Assembly (NCBI GenBank): GCA_963600595.1
Contig: CAVCCB010000001.1
Location: 1 to 48,388, forward strand
Reading direction: 5' to 3'
Source: Subdoligranulum sp. APC924/74
Lineage (GTDB): Bacteria; Bacteroidota; Bacteroidia; Bacteroidales; Bacteroidaceae
Length of the DNA: 48,388 bases
This document shows positions 1 through 8,447 of this stretch, in pieces. The first letter of the stretch is position 1, and each line of letters begins with the position of its first letter. The notes below the pieces were generated by a model. That model saw nothing but the letters and a program-made list of their open reading frames with translations, did not search any database and was not told where the DNA came from. Made by a program: the position numbers and the translations under genes.

Positions 1-54
1 CACGGGTCGCTTGTTGAAAGCCTCAGCCACGACCTCAAATCTCAAATTAGCCAT
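1..54 (-). CDS. glnA: Glutamine synthetase type III, N-terminal fragment (runs off the window edge)
   Basis: Reverse complement from ATG at 54 reads MANLRFEVVAEAFNKRPV, resembling Bacteroidales GSIII N-termini; promoter motif at 86-93. Only 18 codons visible. Confidence 0.6.
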   Translation of the reverse strand, partial: MANLRFEVVAEAFNKRPV

Positions 55-85
55 TTCTTTTATTACTTGTTTATGTTTGCGAGTG

Positions 86-93
86 CAAAGATA
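86..93 (-). promoter_or_regulatory. Bacteroidetes -7 promoter element (TAtcTTTG) for the GSIII gene
   Basis: caaagata on + strand = TATCTTTG on - strand, about 30 nt upstream of the ATG. Confidence 0.6.
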
Positions 94-201
94 CGGCAAA
101 ATGTCAGAAGAACAAAGCAAATGATAGAAAAACGCTATTTAAAACCCTTTAAAATATCATAAATTGTCCGTCAAGATAGCAAATAGCCAAGGGGGAAATA
201 T

Positions 202-209
202 TACCTTTG
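202..209 (+). promoter_or_regulatory. Bacteroidetes -7 promoter element (TAccTTTG) for the uORF-TBDR unit
   Basis: TACCTTTG matches the TAnnTTTG consensus; 7 nt separate it from the ATG at 217. Confidence 0.6.
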
Positions 210-216
210 CACCGAT

Positions 217-576
217 ATGCAGAGGATTTCCCACAAAAAGAGAATCAGAAGTTCTTGGCTGCTGCTGTTGGTTTACATACCTATGCTGCTCGCCGTTACG
301 TTTCACCAACATGGTGAGGCGTGGAAAGCTGATGCTGAAACCTATTGTACGGACTGTGCCCATCATGTTCACCATGATGCCCATTTCCTTGCTCTCCAAC
401 ATTCCTTGCACGACTGTGTGCTCTGTCAATGGCAGACCACGCCTTGCCTTGCCGCCACTCCCTTGCTGTGGACAGCTGTTGTCGTGCTTCTCTGTGTCAT
501 TCGCCCAGCCTGCTTTTCTCCTTGCCTAAACCGTGCGAATGGCGTAAAGTCCACAAGAGCACCGCCTTGTTTTTGA
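217..576 (+). CDS. DUF2946/CruR-like His/Cys-rich leader protein with C-terminal RAPP arrest motif
   Basis: Basic N-terminus plus hydrophobic segment, FHQH, CTDC-AHHVHHDAH, HDCVLC, ending TRAPPCF*; 45 nt upstream of a TonB-dependent receptor. Confidence 0.8.
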   Translation: MQRISHKKRIRSSWLLLLVYIPMLLAVTFHQHGEAWKADAETYCTDCAHHVHHDAHFLALQHSLHDCVLCQWQTTPCLAATPLLWTAVVVLLCVIRPACFSPCLNRANGVKSTRAPPCF

Positions 577-615
577 AAGTAAAAAGGTAAAGAAGTAAAA
601 AGGTAAAAAACAAGG
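565..615 (+). promoter_or_regulatory. Putative mRNA hairpin occluding the TBDR translation-initiation region
   Basis: CCTTGTTTTT (565-574) is the exact reverse complement of AAAAACAAGG (606-615), which ends 6 nt before ATG 622; the loop holds four 8-nt GTAAAAAG-like repeats (579-610). Confidence 0.6.
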
Positions 616-621
616 AAACAA

Positions 622-2784
622 ATGAAAACAGTATTGAAATCAATATTGCTGACGTGCTTGTGCACGTCGGCAACAACCCATGCCATGGCTATAAACGAGG
701 CAGAGAGTGACTCCGTCAAGCACCAGCCCATGACGGAGACTGACGTGAAACTGAACGAAGTGGTGGTGACTGGTCTTACGGGCAGCCAAAAACTGAAGCA
801 GTCGCCCGCCCCGGTCTCCATTATCTCCCCGAGGCAACTGGAAATGCAGCCCGCCACCAACATCATCGATGCCATCGCTCACCAGCCTGGAGTCTCCCAG
901 GTTACCACGGGAGGCGGCATCTCCAAGCCTGTAATCCGTGGTCTCGGATACAACCGTGTGGTGGTGGTCAACGACGGTATCCGACAGGAAGGGCAGCAAT
1001 GGGGTGATGAACACGGCATCGAGATAGATGCGGCATCGGTTCACTCCGTGGAAATCTTGAAGGGTCCGGCAAGCCTGATGTATGGTTCGGATGCGATGGC
1101 GGGAGTCGTCATCTTCCATTCTGCCCCCACGCTGCCCATGGGCGACATGAAGGCCAACTTCTCCACGGGCTACCAGACCAACAACGGACTCTTCGACTAC
1201 TCACTCAACTTCGCCGGCCACCAGGGAGGCTTCGTGTGGGACACCCGCTATAGCGGCAAGATGGCGCATGCCTACAAGAACAAATACGACGGCTATGTCT
1301 TCGGCTCGTCCTTCTGTGAGCAGGCTTTCTCCCAGCTCCTCGGTTGGAATTACCGCCAGGGCCGTTCCCACCTCACCCTCGACTACTACCACAGTACGCC
1401 GGGCATCGTGGAGGGGGAACGGGACGAGGGGACGGGCGACCTCTTCGTGCCTGAAGGCTACAATGTCAAGGGTTATGGCAAGCCGATGCCCTATCAGCAG
1501 ATAAACCACTACAAGATGGTGCTCGATAACTCCTGGTTCCTGGGCGACGGCAACCTGAAGCTCCTCTTGGGCTACCAGCAGAACCGCCGTCAGGAGTTTG
1601 AGGAGGAAGAGAATCCCAATGAGTGCGGACTCGACTTCAAGCTCCACACCGTGAACTACGACCTGCACTACCTCTCGCCTGAGATGGACGGATGGAAGTT
1701 TTCCACGGGCATCAACGGTATGTGGCAGAAGTCGGAGAACAAGGGAACGGAGTTCTTGATTCCCGCCTACCACCTCTTCGACTATGGCGTGTTTGCCAAC
1801 GTGAGTAAGGAGATAGGGAAGTGGAACGTCAGCGGCGGCATCAGATACGACCATCGCTCTCTCAACAGCCAGGAGCTTCTGGAAGAAGAGGAGGGCGAAG
1901 AGCTATCTCGCCGTTTCCAAGCCTTCAAACGCAACTTCAATGGTGTGACCGGCAGCATCGGGCTGACTTATGAACTTCTGAAAGACCTCAACGTCAAGGT
2001 GAACATCTCTCGTGGATTCCGCGCACCGAACATCAGCGAGCTGTCCTCCAATGGTGTACATGAGGGCACCCAACGGTATGAGTTGGGCAACACCGACCTG
2101 AAGCCTGAGGCCAGTTGGCAGTTCGACTTGGGGATGGACTATTCCTCATCCATCGTGTCGGCAGAGTTGGCGCTCTTCGCCAATCGCATCAGTCACTACA
2201 TCTTCAGCGAGAAATTGGCGGACGAGAACGGTGAGGCAGTCTTCATCGGCAACACCCCAGCCTATCGGTTTACATCGGGCGATGCCCGCATCTTGGGTGG
2301 TGAGGCGAGTGTGGACATTCATCCCATCGAGCACCTGCATTTTGGCAATACCTTTTCTTATGTCAATTCCGTGCAGCTCCACCAGCCAGCCGAGTCTAAG
2401 TACCTGCCCTTCACTCCGGCTCCCCGATGGGTGTCGGACGTGAAGTATGAGTTCATCTGCGGTGGCAATACCTTCGACAACCTCTTTGTGAAGTTCGAGG
2501 TGGATTGCAATCTCCGCCAGAACCATTACCTCGCAACCAACGGGACTGAGACTGCCACGCCATCCTATACCCTATTAAATATGTATGCGGGCACCGACAT
2601 CAAATGTCACGGCAGGCGCATCCTCTCCCTCTATTTCTCGGGCGAGAACCTCACAGACCGTGCCTACCAAAGCCATCTGAGTCGACTGAAATACCTCGAC
2701 ACCAATAAGGTGACAGGAAGACGAGGTGTTTACAATATGGGCCGCAATTTCAGTGTGAAGGTAGTGGTGCCGATAGAGCTCTAA
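622..2784 (+). CDS. TonB-dependent outer-membrane receptor, probably for metal uptake
   Basis: Signal peptide, TonB-box-like LNEVVVTG, plug motifs PVIRG and VEILKGPASLMYGSDAMAGV, GFRAPNISEL, His motifs QQWGDEHG, GVHEGT and SHLSRLKY, C-terminal MGRNF strand. Confidence 0.92.
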   Translation: MKTVLKSILLTCLCTSATTHAMAINEAESDSVKHQPMTETDVKLNEVVVTGLTGSQKLKQSPAPVSIISPRQLEMQPATNIIDAIAHQPGVSQVTTGGGISKPVIRGLGYNRVVVVNDGIRQEGQQWGDEHGIEIDAASVHSVEILKGPASLMYGSDAMAGVVIFHSAPTLPMGDMKANFSTGYQTNNGLFDYSLNFAGHQGGFVWDTRYSGKMAHAYKNKYDGYVFGSSFCEQAFSQLLGWNYRQGRSHLTLDYYHSTPGIVEGERDEGTGDLFVPEGYNVKGYGKPMPYQQINHYKMVLDNSWFLGDGNLKLLLGYQQNRRQEFEEEENPNECGLDFKLHTVNYDLHYLSPEMDGWKFSTGINGMWQKSENKGTEFLIPAYHLFDYGVFANVSKEIGKWNVSGGIRYDHRSLNSQELLEEEEGEELSRRFQAFKRNFNGVTGSIGLTYELLKDLNVKVNISRGFRAPNISELSSNGVHEGTQRYELGNTDLKPEASWQFDLGMDYSSSIVSAELALFANRISHYIFSEKLADENGEAVFIGNTPAYRFTSGDARILGGEASVDIHPIEHLHFGNTFSYVNSVQLHQPAESKYLPFTPAPRWVSDVKYEFICGGNTFDNLFVKFEVDCNLRQNHYLATNGTETATPSYTLLNMYAGTDIKCHGRRILSLYFSGENLTDRAYQSHLSRLKYLDTNKVTGRRGVYNMGRNFSVKVVVPIEL

Positions 2785-2789
2785 TCAAC

Positions 2790-2834
2790 AAAAAGCGTAA
2801 AGTTTTCCATTGCAAGGAAAATTTTGCGCTTTTT
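2790..2834 (+). terminator. Rho-independent terminator after the TBDR
   Basis: AAAAAGCGTAAAGTTTTCC...GGAAAATTTTGCGCTTTTT imperfect inverted repeat ending in a T run. Confidence 0.7.
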
Positions 2835-2918
2835 CTGTATCTTTCTTGGAAAAAAGTCTTATCTTTGCCAAATGTAAACACAAATGCCAAAGGCAAATGT
2901 CATAAAAACTACGAAGAT

Positions 2919-5117
2919 ATGGAAATGAGCGAAGAGGCAAAGATGGCCCTAAACATCATCGAACAAACAAGTGCGAATCTATTTCTCACAGGTAAGGCGG
3001 GAACAGGAAAGACTACTTTTCTCAAGGAATTGCGACGGCTGTCGCCCAAGCGTATGGTGATACTTGCCCCCACGGGCATCGCCGCCATCAACGCCGGAGG
3101 ACAGACCATCCACTCCTTCTTCCAGCTCCCCCTCTCCCCCTATGTCCCCGGCACGGCATTCAGCGCCGGCGACAACGGTCGCAAGTTCAAGTTCAGCAAC
3201 GTCAAGCGAAAGATCATCCGCACCCTCGACCTGCTGGTGATAGACGAGATCAGTATGGTGAGGAGCGACCTGCTCGATGCCGTGGATGACGCTTTGCGCA
3301 GGTTCCGCAAGTCGGCACAGCCTTTTGGCGGCGTGCAGCTCCTCATGATAGGAGACCTCCACCAGTTGGCACCCGTCACCACGGGCTCGGAAGAGCAGCT
3401 GTTGCAGCAATACTACGACACCCCTTACTTCTTCTCCAGCAAGGCGCTGCAAGCTGCGGGCTATCTCACCGTAGAGCTGAAGAAGGTATATCGTCAGCAA
3501 GACACCCATTTCCTGCAACTGCTCAACCAGATACGCAGCAACCAAGCTACCCAGGAGACCCTCGGTGAACTGAACCGCCGCTACATCCCCGGCTTCAAAC
3601 CCGACAAGGCGGACGGCTACATCCGTCTCACCACCCACAACGCCCCTGCCCAGCGCATCAACGAGGAGGAGCTCGCCAAGCTCGGCAGCAAAGCTTATGT
3701 ATATGATGCCGAGACGGAGGGCGACTTCCCCGAGATGTCCTATCCCACCGACTACCGCCTCACCCTGAAGGAAGGCGCGCAGGTGATGTTTATCAAGAAT
3801 GACGTAAACCACCGCTACTATAACGGAATGATAGGCGAGGTGACCGGCCTGGACAACGAACACGTGACCGTGAGGAGCAAGGACACCGGCGAGACCATCA
3901 GTCTGGATAGGGAGCGATGGGACAACTCCAAATACACGCTCAACACGGAGACCATGGAAATAGAGGAGAAAGTGGAGGGAACCTTCTGCCAGTACCCCCT
4001 GCGCCTGGCGTGGGCAATCACTATCCACAAGAGCCAGGGACTCACCTTCGAACATGCCATCATCGATGCCTCCCATTCCTTCACCCACGGACAGACCTAT
4101 GTGGCGCTGAGCCGCTGCAAGTCGCTTGAGGGCATGGTGCTGAGCGCTCCCTTGAGCCAGTCTGCCATCATCAAGGACGAGACTGTGGACGCTTTCACCG
4201 GCAACCTGCAGACACCTTCCCCGGAGACCCTCTCTCAGCTGGAACGCATCTACGTGGTCCACAATATCTCCGAACTGTTCGACCTTGCCCCCATGCGGCA
4301 AGCCAACGAGCTCATGATGCGTACCATTGCCGAGTTCTTCAGCTCCAAGTACCAGAGTCTCATCGCCGAATACCAAAAAGCAGAGATTGTCTTCAAGAAT
4401 CTCGTGCAGGTGGCAGACAAGTTCAAGTTGCAATACTCCCACATCCTCTCCGAGACGGGCACAGCCGACAACGCCCTGTTGCAGGAGCGCATCCACAAGG
4501 CTGCCGCCTATTTCGCCGACAAGATGGACATCTTCAAGAAGCTTGTCAAACTCAGCAACATTAATACGGAGAACAAGACGGCGAAGAAACTGCTCAAGGA
4601 ACGTCTGCAGAGTTATTGTGAGGAGATAGACCTGAAGTCGGGTCTGCTCACCTATTATGCCGACGGGAATCCTTTCAGCACCGCCGGTTACCTGAAAAAG
4701 AAGGCACGGCTCCTCTTGGCGGATGACCCGGAGGCGGACGGCTCCGAAAAGAAGCGCCATCGCTCCGGCTTCAGGGAACAGAAGGAGAAGAAGGAGAGGA
4801 TAGACACTAAGAAAGTGAGCTTCGACCTCTACAAGAGTGGCTTGAAGGTGGAGGAAATCGCCAGGCAGCGCGCCCTTGCCCCCAGCACCATCATGAGCCA
4901 TCTTTCCCACTATGTCATAGAGGGCAAGCTGGGCATCCGTGACTTCGTGTCGAGTAGCCACGAGCAGAAGCTCCGCGAGTTCATTTCCTCCCACCCCGAC
5001 GCATCCTACAGCGAAATCCGTGCGGCAGTGGGAGAGAGCTACAGTTATGGAGAGATCAGCATGGTGGCGGGGATTATGCTGAAGTTGTCTTCCCATACCG
5101 CATTGGACAATGCCTGA
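2919..5117 (+). CDS. PIF1/RecD-like SF1B helicase with C-terminal helix-turn-helix domain
   Basis: Walker A GKAGTGKT, IDEISM, GDLHQL, YRQ, TIHKSQGLT, YVALSR; C-terminal EIARQRALAPSTIMSHL HTH. Start placed downstream of the TATCTTTG promoter (2860-2867). Confidence 0.88.
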   Translation: MEMSEEAKMALNIIEQTSANLFLTGKAGTGKTTFLKELRRLSPKRMVILAPTGIAAINAGGQTIHSFFQLPLSPYVPGTAFSAGDNGRKFKFSNVKRKIIRTLDLLVIDEISMVRSDLLDAVDDALRRFRKSAQPFGGVQLLMIGDLHQLAPVTTGSEEQLLQQYYDTPYFFSSKALQAAGYLTVELKKVYRQQDTHFLQLLNQIRSNQATQETLGELNRRYIPGFKPDKADGYIRLTTHNAPAQRINEEELAKLGSKAYVYDAETEGDFPEMSYPTDYRLTLKEGAQVMFIKNDVNHRYYNGMIGEVTGLDNEHVTVRSKDTGETISLDRERWDNSKYTLNTETMEIEEKVEGTFCQYPLRLAWAITIHKSQGLTFEHAIIDASHSFTHGQTYVALSRCKSLEGMVLSAPLSQSAIIKDETVDAFTGNLQTPSPETLSQLERIYVVHNISELFDLAPMRQANELMMRTIAEFFSSKYQSLIAEYQKAEIVFKNLVQVADKFKLQYSHILSETGTADNALLQERIHKAAAYFADKMDIFKKLVKLSNINTENKTAKKLLKERLQSYCEEIDLKSGLLTYYADGNPFSTAGYLKKKARLLLADDPEADGSEKKRHRSGFREQKEKKERIDTKKVSFDLYKSGLKVEEIARQRALAPSTIMSHLSHYVIEGKLGIRDFVSSSHEQKLREFISSHPDASYSEIRAAVGESYSYGEISMVAGIMLKLSSHTALDNA

Positions 5118-5183
5118 AAGCGCTGCAACTTCTTGTGCCAAATTCCAGTAAGTCTTATAGCAAACCAGTAGAAGCCAATTACC

Positions 5184-5321
5184 AAACCCGCAGAAGTCTA
5201 TTGCCAACTGCTTCGCCTAAGCTTTATTTAGCTAAATATAAGTTAGGCGAAGCTAAATATAAGTTGTATTTAGCTAAATAAAGCTTAGGCTATGTAAAAG
5301 GTAGTAGGCTTCTGCGGGTTT
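5184..5321. repeat. Nested inverted-repeat element
   Basis: Perfect 24-bp IR at 5215-5238 / 5267-5290; outer 17-bp IR at 5184-5200 / 5305-5321 (1 mismatch); internal direct repeat AGCTAAATATAAGTT twice. Confidence 0.8.
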
Positions 5322-5442
5322 TGTCCCAAGACTTTTTTAACTTTGCGTTAGTATCTCTTTTATTTGCACTCCGCCATCTTAGTAATAGTAAAAAAACTTG
5401 GTACGATTTTCAACGCCTCCTTTTGGTTTGTGACCTGCACAA

Positions 5443-5475
5443 TGTCCAGTGCGCCCTGAAGGGGCAACCTGCGCC
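5443..5475 (+). repeat. Truncated REP-like element (GCCCTGAAGGGGC core)
   Basis: 32 of 33 nt identical to 48261-48293. Confidence 0.75.
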
Positions 5476-5706
5476 GAAAAACTCTCTTTGTGGTACCCGT
5501 TTCCTATTTAAAGTTTTCTCTTTAAAAGCGTCTTTTATATTTAATAAGGTGTAAACGCCATTTTGGAAACTCACTATGAGGTGGCGGTTTTATTTTTGGG
5601 TTTTCTTGAAAATAATTGCGTTTTTTCTTGGAGCGTATGGATATAATTTCTATCTTTGCATCAGAAACAAGAAACAACAAGTCAAACAATTTAAAACAAT
5701 ACGATT

Positions 5707-6042
5707 ATGAAGAAGTTTTATCATACCCTCGCCATAGCAGCCGTAGCTGCAGTATCTTTGTTCTCTGCACAGTCTGCAAAGGCACAACTCCTCCGTGAAG
5801 CTCCAAAAGCAACGGTAATGTTGGGAATAATGGATGAAGACGAACCCGAGTTGAAATCCGACGATCCGATTGTCGATTATTTCAAGGGAATCTACGACCG
5901 AGCCCTTGATGTTGCCAAGAAACAAGTGGAGAAGGGACGCAAATTTACCAAAGAGGAAATCAAGACATTTGTAGATGGAGGCAAGCTTTACGGCTACACC
6001 GAAGAGTATATCAGGGCTTACATTGGTCAGCCTGCAGACTAA
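5707..6042 (+). CDS. Small secreted hypothetical protein
   Basis: Sec signal peptide MKKFYHTLAIAAVAAVSLFSAQSAKA; own promoter TATCTTTG at 5651-5658; downstream terminator. Confidence 0.75.
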   Translation: MKKFYHTLAIAAVAAVSLFSAQSAKAQLLREAPKATVMLGIMDEDEPELKSDDPIVDYFKGIYDRALDVAKKQVEKGRKFTKEEIKTFVDGGKLYGYTEEYIRAYIGQPAD

Positions 6043-6071
6043 AACTCATTTAAGTATATTTTTTAACAGGC

Positions 6072-6113
6072 AATCGCCTGCCACGAAGCAACAGCTTGTC
6101 GTGGCAGGCGATT
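6072..6113. terminator. Hairpin terminator between convergent genes
   Basis: 15-bp IR AATCGCCTGCCACGA (6072-6086) / TCGTGGCAGGCGATT (6099-6113). Confidence 0.75.
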
Positions 6114-6131
6114 TGCGTTTCAATGGGCGGC

Positions 6132-7022
6132 TCACCCTTGCCTGTACTCCTGCGGTGTGCAGCCCGTGAGCCGCTTGAAGTATTTGCAGAAGAAACTGGG
6201 GTTGGGGAAATGGAGGGCGTCGGTAATTTCCGCTACTTGCCTGTTGCTGTGACGCAGCATCACCTTCGCCTGCGAGATGACGGCGCGGTCTATCCACTCC
6301 TTGGGCGTGATGCCGCTCGTCTGCCTCACCACTGTGCCCAGGTAACGCTCCGTGAGACACAGTTCACTGGCGTAGAAAGCGAGGGTGCGCTGCTCGCGGC
6401 AGTGGCGGTTCACCAATGCCAGGAAGCGGTCGAAGATATCGGTGGAGGTGGAACGGTGGGAGGAGGGCAGGGAGGACTGGCCGCGGAAGAGCGAGTCGTA
6501 GAACGTGGCAATGGTTGCCACCATCCGCTGCGTCACCTCGGGACGGTTGGTCACGGCTATCTCCCACAGCATCTGGAACTGGTGTTCCAAGAGTCGGCGG
6601 TCGGTGTAGGAGACCTTTAGGATGCCGTGCTTCTGCATGCCGCCCGTGAGATGGGAGAGGATGCTGGGACTGGCGGGCTGTATCATGTCTGCGGGCACGC
6701 CCATGCCGGCGATGCAGAAGTCATCGCTCATGCCGAGGGGTTCCACGATGGTGCCCGGGCTGACGAAGACGGCACTGCCTGCCTCCACGGTGTATTCCTT
6801 GAGGTTGATGATGCCGTGCATGGAGCCTTGGGTGATGATGCCCAGACGATAGTCTTCCAGGAGGTAAGGACTGGCGGCGGGCTTGATGAAGGGCTTGAGG
6901 AAATGGCTCATGCCGATGACCACGCCGAAGCCGTCCTTATAGTAGTGCTTCGGTGGGATGATGTTCATCTCGGAGAGGGCGGAGAACATCCGCTGGATGG
7001 AGAGTCGCTCGGGTTGTCTCAT
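6132..7022 (-). CDS. AraC-family transcriptional regulator
   Basis: C-terminal double HTH (FYASELCLTERYL...LHFPNPSFFCKYFKRLTGCTPQEYR); start chosen downstream of the promoter at 7058-7065. Confidence 0.9.
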   Translation of the reverse strand: MRQPERLSIQRMFSALSEMNIIPPKHYYKDGFGVVIGMSHFLKPFIKPAASPYLLEDYRLGIITQGSMHGIINLKEYTVEAGSAVFVSPGTIVEPLGMSDDFCIAGMGVPADMIQPASPSILSHLTGGMQKHGILKVSYTDRRLLEHQFQMLWEIAVTNRPEVTQRMVATIATFYDSLFRGQSSLPSSHRSTSTDIFDRFLALVNRHCREQRTLAFYASELCLTERYLGTVVRQTSGITPKEWIDRAVISQAKVMLRHSNRQVAEITDALHFPNPSFFCKYFKRLTGCTPQEYRQG

Positions 7023-7190
7023 GTTCTTTTCGTTCGATAGTCTTTTCTTTTCGGTTGCAAAGATAAGCATTGTTCGGGTATTATTGTTCTTTTTGTGCGA
7101 AAATCTGACGAAAGGGACATTTGTTCCTCTCTTTGGGTAACGGGGGATAAGAATTGTTGCCTTACCTTTGCAGCCGAAATCTTATTTACA

Positions 7191-8447
7191 ATGAAATATA
7201 TGGATAAAAAAATGATGTTTTCAACCCTGATGGCTTGGAAGCTTGTCCTTTCCGCCCATGCCCTGTCGCTTGATGAGGCACGGCGGATGGCGCACGACAA
7301 CTATCCTGCCATCAAGCAATACGAACTGATAGAGCGGAGCCGTGAGTTCACCCTCGACAATGCGGCGAAGGGATGGCTTCCCAAGGTGAGTGCGTCGGCA
7401 GGTGTCTGTGCCTTTACAGATATCCTGAAACGGAATGGCCGGATGAAGCAGATGGGCGTCAGTATGGAGAACTGGATGGCAAGCGGTTCGGTGACGCTCT
7501 CGCAGAACGTCTATGACGGTGGTCAGATTGCCGCGCAGAAACAGGTGGCAGCGGCACAGAGCGACGTGCAGAGGCAACAGCTCGACGTGACGCTGTATGC
7601 CGTGCGCGAGCGCATTGACCAACTCTATTTCGGCATCCTGCTGATAGACGGGCAACTGGCGCAGAACGAACTCCTGCAGAACGACCTCTCTACCAGCGAG
7701 AAGACCGTCAGGAGTATGATGAAGGGCGGCATCGCCAACCAGAGTGACCTCGATGCCATCCTCGTGGAAAAGTTGAAGGCGACCCAACAAAAGGAGGCGC
7801 TGAAGGTATCCCGCAAAGCTTACCTGAGGATGCTGAGCGTGTTCGTGGGCAAGGACCTGGGGAAGGATGAACGACTGGAGAAACCATCCTCTCTCGCTAA
7901 TAAGGGCGACTGGGGCGTGAACCGTCCCGAACTGCAATACTATGCCTCGCAGAACCTGTTGCTTGATGCCCAGCGCAGACAACTTGACACCAAGCTCCGT
8001 CCCATGGTGAGTCTCTTCGGTATGGGAATGGTGCATACACAGGTGAGCGACTTCCTTAACGCCGGGGTACTCATGGGCGGCGTGTCGGTGGCATGGAACA
8101 TCGGTGCCCTCTACACCCGCAAGAACGACATCAGGAAACTGGAGGTGCAACAGGCGATGAACGACAGTCAGCGCGAGGCCTTCCTCTTCAACAACCTTTT
8201 GCAAAACGAAGAGGCGGTGAGCAACGTGGCTTCCCTCCGCCGGCAGATAGCCCAGGACGAGGAAATCGTGCGCTTGCGGGAGAGCATCCGCAGCAAGGGC
8301 GACAGGAAGGTGCAGCTCGGCACGGAGAGTGTCAACGAACTGGTGCGCGACATCAATGCCGTGAGCATGGCGAGGGCGCAGAAGGTACAGCACGAGATAG
8401 AATTACTGAGGGAAATCCACAAACAAAAGACAATCAACAATGAATAA
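7191..8447 (+). CDS. TolC-family outer-membrane efflux protein
   Basis: Signal peptide, NYPAIKQ, WLP, QNVYDGG, coiled-coil helices; first gene of the efflux operon; promoter TACCTTTG at 7163-7170; exact start uncertain (7191/7200/7212). Confidence 0.85.
   Translation: MKYMDKKMMFSTLMAWKLVLSAHALSLDEARRMAHDNYPAIKQYELIERSREFTLDNAAKGWLPKVSASAGVCAFTDILKRNGRMKQMGVSMENWMASGSVTLSQNVYDGGQIAAQKQVAAAQSDVQRQQLDVTLYAVRERIDQLYFGILLIDGQLAQNELLQNDLSTSEKTVRSMMKGGIANQSDLDAILVEKLKATQQKEALKVSRKAYLRMLSVFVGKDLGKDERLEKPSSLANKGDWGVNRPELQYYASQNLLLDAQRRQLDTKLRPMVSLFGMGMVHTQVSDFLNAGVLMGGVSVAWNIGALYTRKNDIRKLEVQQAMNDSQREAFLFNNLLQNEEAVSNVASLRRQIAQDEEIVRLRESIRSKGDRKVQLGTESVNELVRDINAVSMARAQKVQHEIELLREIHKQKTINNE

Noticed and set aside
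120..161. Possible Fur/Zur box upstream of the uORF-TBDR unit (ATGATA...TATCAT)
   Set aside because: Half-sites are too far apart and the region is AT-rich, so a chance match is likely
164..529. Alternative 121-aa ORF overlapping the leader
   Set aside because: Starts upstream of the promoter motif and lacks the signal/CxxC/RAPP architecture of the 217-576 frame
2979..5207. 742-aa minus-strand ORF
   Set aside because: Antisense shadow of the helicase; no motifs; expected with GC-rich third codon positions
5137..5290. Possible CRISPR mini-array
   Set aside because: Repeats are inverted or abutting, without unique spacers of regular length; no cas genes in the window
5321..5554. ORFs 5321-5554 and 48052-48345 sharing the peptide ALKGQPAP
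   Set aside because: The similarity is only the translated REP-like DNA repeat; no coding evidence
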